DNA of 64,000 nt from Azolla caroliniana. Taxonomy: Eukaryota; Plantae; Polypodiophyta. The stretch lies in NCBI GenBank assembly GCA_043228905.1, contig JBHGNT010000001.1, forward strand, positions 25,358,001 through 25,422,000, in the 5' to 3' direction. Made by a program: the position numbers and the translations under genes. The notes beneath the pieces were generated by a model. The model searched no databases, was not told where the DNA came from, and worked only from the letters and a program-made list of their open reading frames with translations. Shown here piece by piece: positions 62,714 to 64,000 of the stretch; position 1 is the first letter of the stretch, and the number at the start of each line of letters is the position of its first letter.

Positions 62714-64000
62714 TATTAGAGATCTAGGTCCTAAAGTGAGCTTAAGATAAGGATAAAGTATTGATAGATATAAAGGAGAAAGAGAAAGAAGGATGCCAAT
62801 CCACCCGACCACCCCCGAGCGAAGGGATCGAGACGGACTCGAGCCCCGATCGGCGTCCCATACCACCGCCGTGGCGTCGAGTCGTACCTGGTGCTAGCGC
62901 ACTCGCTACAAGAGTTGACCCACCACAAGAGCAGAGTCTCGATGTAGTCAAAAGATGATCAAATGAGGGTAGCTAGGCCTCTTATTTGTAGCGATACCCA
63001 AGGCCCCCAGGCAAGTTCACACTTGACCTAATGGGTTGTCTCAATCCCGAGGATTAAAAGTAATCCTACCCTTCTTTACACTCTCGTTTAACCCTCACAC
63101 TTATCCACGTGTATAGAATACTACGGTAAATTCTCACCACGGGATATTAAATGGTCATGCTCGTAACATACTCCCCCTCTTTAAAACATTGCACTCTTGC
63201 AATGGAAAGTTAGGGAAATTAGTTCTGAGAGTATTTTCGCGTTCCCATGTGGCATCTTTTATTGATTTATCCATCCAGTTTATTTTAAATTCTCGGATTT
63301 CTTTAGTACGTAATTTTTTTGTTTTAACATCGAGAATTCTTTCTGGTACTTGTGGTTTAGAAGATAATTCTTCAGAAGTAACCAGAGTTTCAGTTGTCAC
63401 TGTATTGTCGCCAGAACCTAGAAGTTCTTTTAGACGACTCACATTGAAGACTGGATGAATTCCAACACCATCGGGAAGAGCAAGACGATAGGCTGATGAC
63501 CCAATGTGTTTGAGTACTGTAAAAGGTCCACAAAACCGTGGGGCTAACTTAGCGCACTTACCCTTAGACAATGTCTTAGAATTGTGAGGTACACGTAAAA
63601 ATACCTTTTGTCCAAGGTTGAATACACGAGGTTGCCTATGATGATCGACATAAAAACGCGCTCTATCTTGAGCTGTTTTTATATTATCTCGTGCAATATG
63701 CATCATATCTTGCATATCCCGAAGAAAGTTTTGCATACTTTGCAACTCATCATGATGTATATTAACATCAATCGGGGCTCATGGCTGAAAACCATACATC
63801 AACATAAAAGGACTATATCCCGTCAACGTATGCTTGGAGCTGTTATAAGCAAACTCCAAAATTGGGAGATAACGTTCCCATTTTGTTGGTTTTGCACCAA
63901 CGTATGCTCAAAGCATGTCCTCAATAATTTGATTTACTCGTTCTGTCTGTCCATCGGATTGAGGATGATCCGTGGAGCTCATGCTCAATGTAGTTTCTAA
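62714..64000 (-). mobile_element. Ty3/Gypsy chromovirus copy 2 (3' LTR 62714-63168, chromodomain, integrase end; continues beyond the window)
   Basis: Collinear with copy 1 at offset 4690. Chromodomain is intact (INWMDKSIKDATWERE). Confidence 0.95.

Noticed and set aside
59089-63910. TGA-at-Arg stops rescued by U-to-C RNA editing
   Set aside because: Such editing is known from organelles. CpG deamination in methylated nuclear TEs explains CGA>TGA more simply.

Overview
Nuclear DNA of a land plant. The intron style, abundant (CT)n, PLS-class PPR gene and TE families suggest a non-seed plant such as a fern (inference). Six protein-coding genes can be built with consistent GT-AG phases: a PLS-class PPR gene (runs off the left edge, absent from the ORF track), proteasome subunit RPN2 (14 exons), a zf-C3HC/NIPA-like gene (7 exons), CJD1 (10 exons), NADPH-thioredoxin reductase (2 exons, two in-frame ATGs) and a MASP1/dynein-light-chain-1-like LRR gene (4 coding exons). 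Mobile DNA fills much of the rest: a full-length but disabled GC-rich Ty1/Copia, RTE/RTEX-like and L1-like LINE relics, four AAACCG-rich MITEs, a chromovirus solo LTR, and a four-layer Copia/Gypsy/Copia/Gypsy nest at the right end. The most notable observations are non-canonical TG...TA LTR ends in the chromovirus family, an in-frame acidic/basic extension behind the Copia pol stop codon, a homogenised tract carrying shared stop codons between two Gypsy copies, and a ~50-bp direct repeat flanking the Copia. I see no clearly novel multi-gene system. All counts are manual reads, not computed alignments.
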